A stretch of 64,000 bases of DNA, from the NCBI RefSeq assembly GCF_037042905.1, contig NC_087245.1, forward strand, positions 16,432,001 through 16,496,000. Reading direction: 5' to 3'. Positions 62,460 through 64,000 of the stretch are shown in pieces; position 1 is the first letter of the stretch; every line of letters begins with the position of its first letter. Origin of the DNA: Lytechinus pictus. Its lineage: Eukaryota. The notes under the pieces are model-generated. The model saw only the letters and a list, made by a program, of their open reading frames with translations, searched no databases and was not told the DNA's origin. Made by a program: the position numbers and the translations under genes.

Positions 62460-62825
62460 TTAATATGAGTCTTTCCCTATATACCGACTGCACATTATAT
62501 ACTGTATGTTGCAATATACGCGCGATTGAAATAATTATGGTAGATCGATGGTTCACAATCGGAAAAAGGTTTTCGTATTGCATCAGTATTAGTTCTATTG
62601 GAAATGACTGTCCGCTTGTTCATGTTGATTTTTTGAAGGTCAATCTCACCTTTGATATGCCAATTTTTATTAATTAATTTACATTTTATATATGAAAATA
62701 ACAAGACCAGAGATATATGATACTATAAATATACATGACGATTTGTCAAATTAGATAGATAAAAACATGAGCAAATTAGTTTCCCTCTGCTTAATTCAAG
62801 TCCCTATAATTCGTTTTCCTTTCTA

Positions 62826-63815
62826 CAGTGCGTATCAAAAAAAGTTTACACTTTGAAAAAAGCCCTGGGAATTCAAAAATATACAACATGTGGGTAATTT
62901 TTTCACATATAATCTTGGCTTTGGGTCTCATCTATCCAATGAAAGTAAAAGTTTTGACAGAATGTTACACTTGAGTGAGCACTGTCCATTTTTGTAAAGC
63001 TCGCAGAAATCTGTTTGCGCAGAAATGCTCGTTTTCACGCTGTGTCAAGGGGAAAGGGCGAAATCAAACTTACCCTGCGAAGCATTTCTCATACATTTCC
63101 CTTGCACTTTTAGTCAATTGAAATAAAACGGATACATTCAAGCATTTTGCAACAATTTTGCCACCCAAATTGAAATTTCAACATTTAGTAAGCACAACCT
63201 TTACCCTTTTTTGTGCGAGCTGGATCTGAGGACATAACTGAATCTGAACAAAAGTTTATATCAGACATCTCCAGCATTTTTTCACTGAGTTTTTATCATT
63301 TAAAGTGGGTTTACATTTCATTTTTCATTTAATACTTGTTTCTCCACACTTTTCCCAAGCTTGACAATGATTAACAAAAATCAAAATCAAGCCTAAGTCA
63401 TTTCATGTAAATCACAGCTCAGTGTAAAGCAAATATCGTCTCGATGGCCTCGGTGTGTGGGGGAGTGGGGTGGGGCACAATGCACTCTTCGAAGTGTTTT
63501 GGGCAATGAAACAAGTTTAAAAAGATAAAAGATGTCTTCAAATCAATTTTACTAGCTAAATTCCACGTTTTCTTCATGATTAAGGTCTACTTTTATTTGC
63601 ATAACTATTTCAAAGTTCTGCGCAAATCATTTTTCACTAAATTTTCAAAAGTAAGTGGTGCTCACTCAAGTGGAAATATTTTTCGACAGTTATATCGTCA
63701 TTTGCTTAAATGGATCTGTACCAATGTTAAAATGTGAAAAAATCTTTAGGATATTACAAATGTATAATTTTACAGGATTTTTTCAAAGTGTAAACTTTTT
63801 TTTTGATACGCACTG
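62826..63815. mobile_element. Tc1/mariner-like non-autonomous element (990 bp)
   Basis: TA TSD; TIR CAGTGCGTATCAAAAAAAGTTTACACTTTGAAAAA nearly perfect at both ends. Confidence 0.9.
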
Positions 63816-64000
63816 TATAGCTGAATATGTTGCTGCTATATAGTGTCAGGGGTGGACCTTCCATAATTGGGAGGGGGAGGGCACAGAGGCTTTGTCGTTT
63901 TGAGGGGCTTTTTAACAAGCACTGAAAAAGGGTTCTCACTGCCTTGAAAAAAGTCCTCGCTAGAAATAGTAGCGTATTTGAAATGAGGACTCACAACAAA

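Overview
AT-rich, intron-containing eukaryotic DNA. The repeat landscape and GT-AG gene structure suggest a marine invertebrate, probably a sea urchin (inference). Most short ORFs in the supplied track are spurious, and several real exons are missing from it. From left to right: (1) the 3' part of a Ty3/gypsy LTR retrotransposon (gag end, -1 frameshift signal, protease-RT-RNaseH-integrase, PPT, 3' LTR). Its otherwise intact pol is split by a 2548-bp CCC...GGG, 2-bp-TSD non-autonomous DNA transposon that carries a higher-order satellite array. (2) A six-exon gene for a small secreted protease-inhibitor-like protein (signal peptide, Kunitz, VWC-like, antistasin, Cys-rich tail). (3) A cluster of non-autonomous DNA transposons. 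(4) Two convergent, paralogous C2H2 zinc-finger genes. They share a short N-terminal helical motif resembling the ZNF692/ZNF653 N-terminus and a conserved phase-2 intron; in one paralog the central fingers have decayed or been replaced by a coding minisatellite. (5) Many MITEs (hAT-, Kolobok-, Harbinger- and Tc1-like, several nested), a truncated LINE, SINE relics, microsatellites, and the signal-peptide exon of a further gene.
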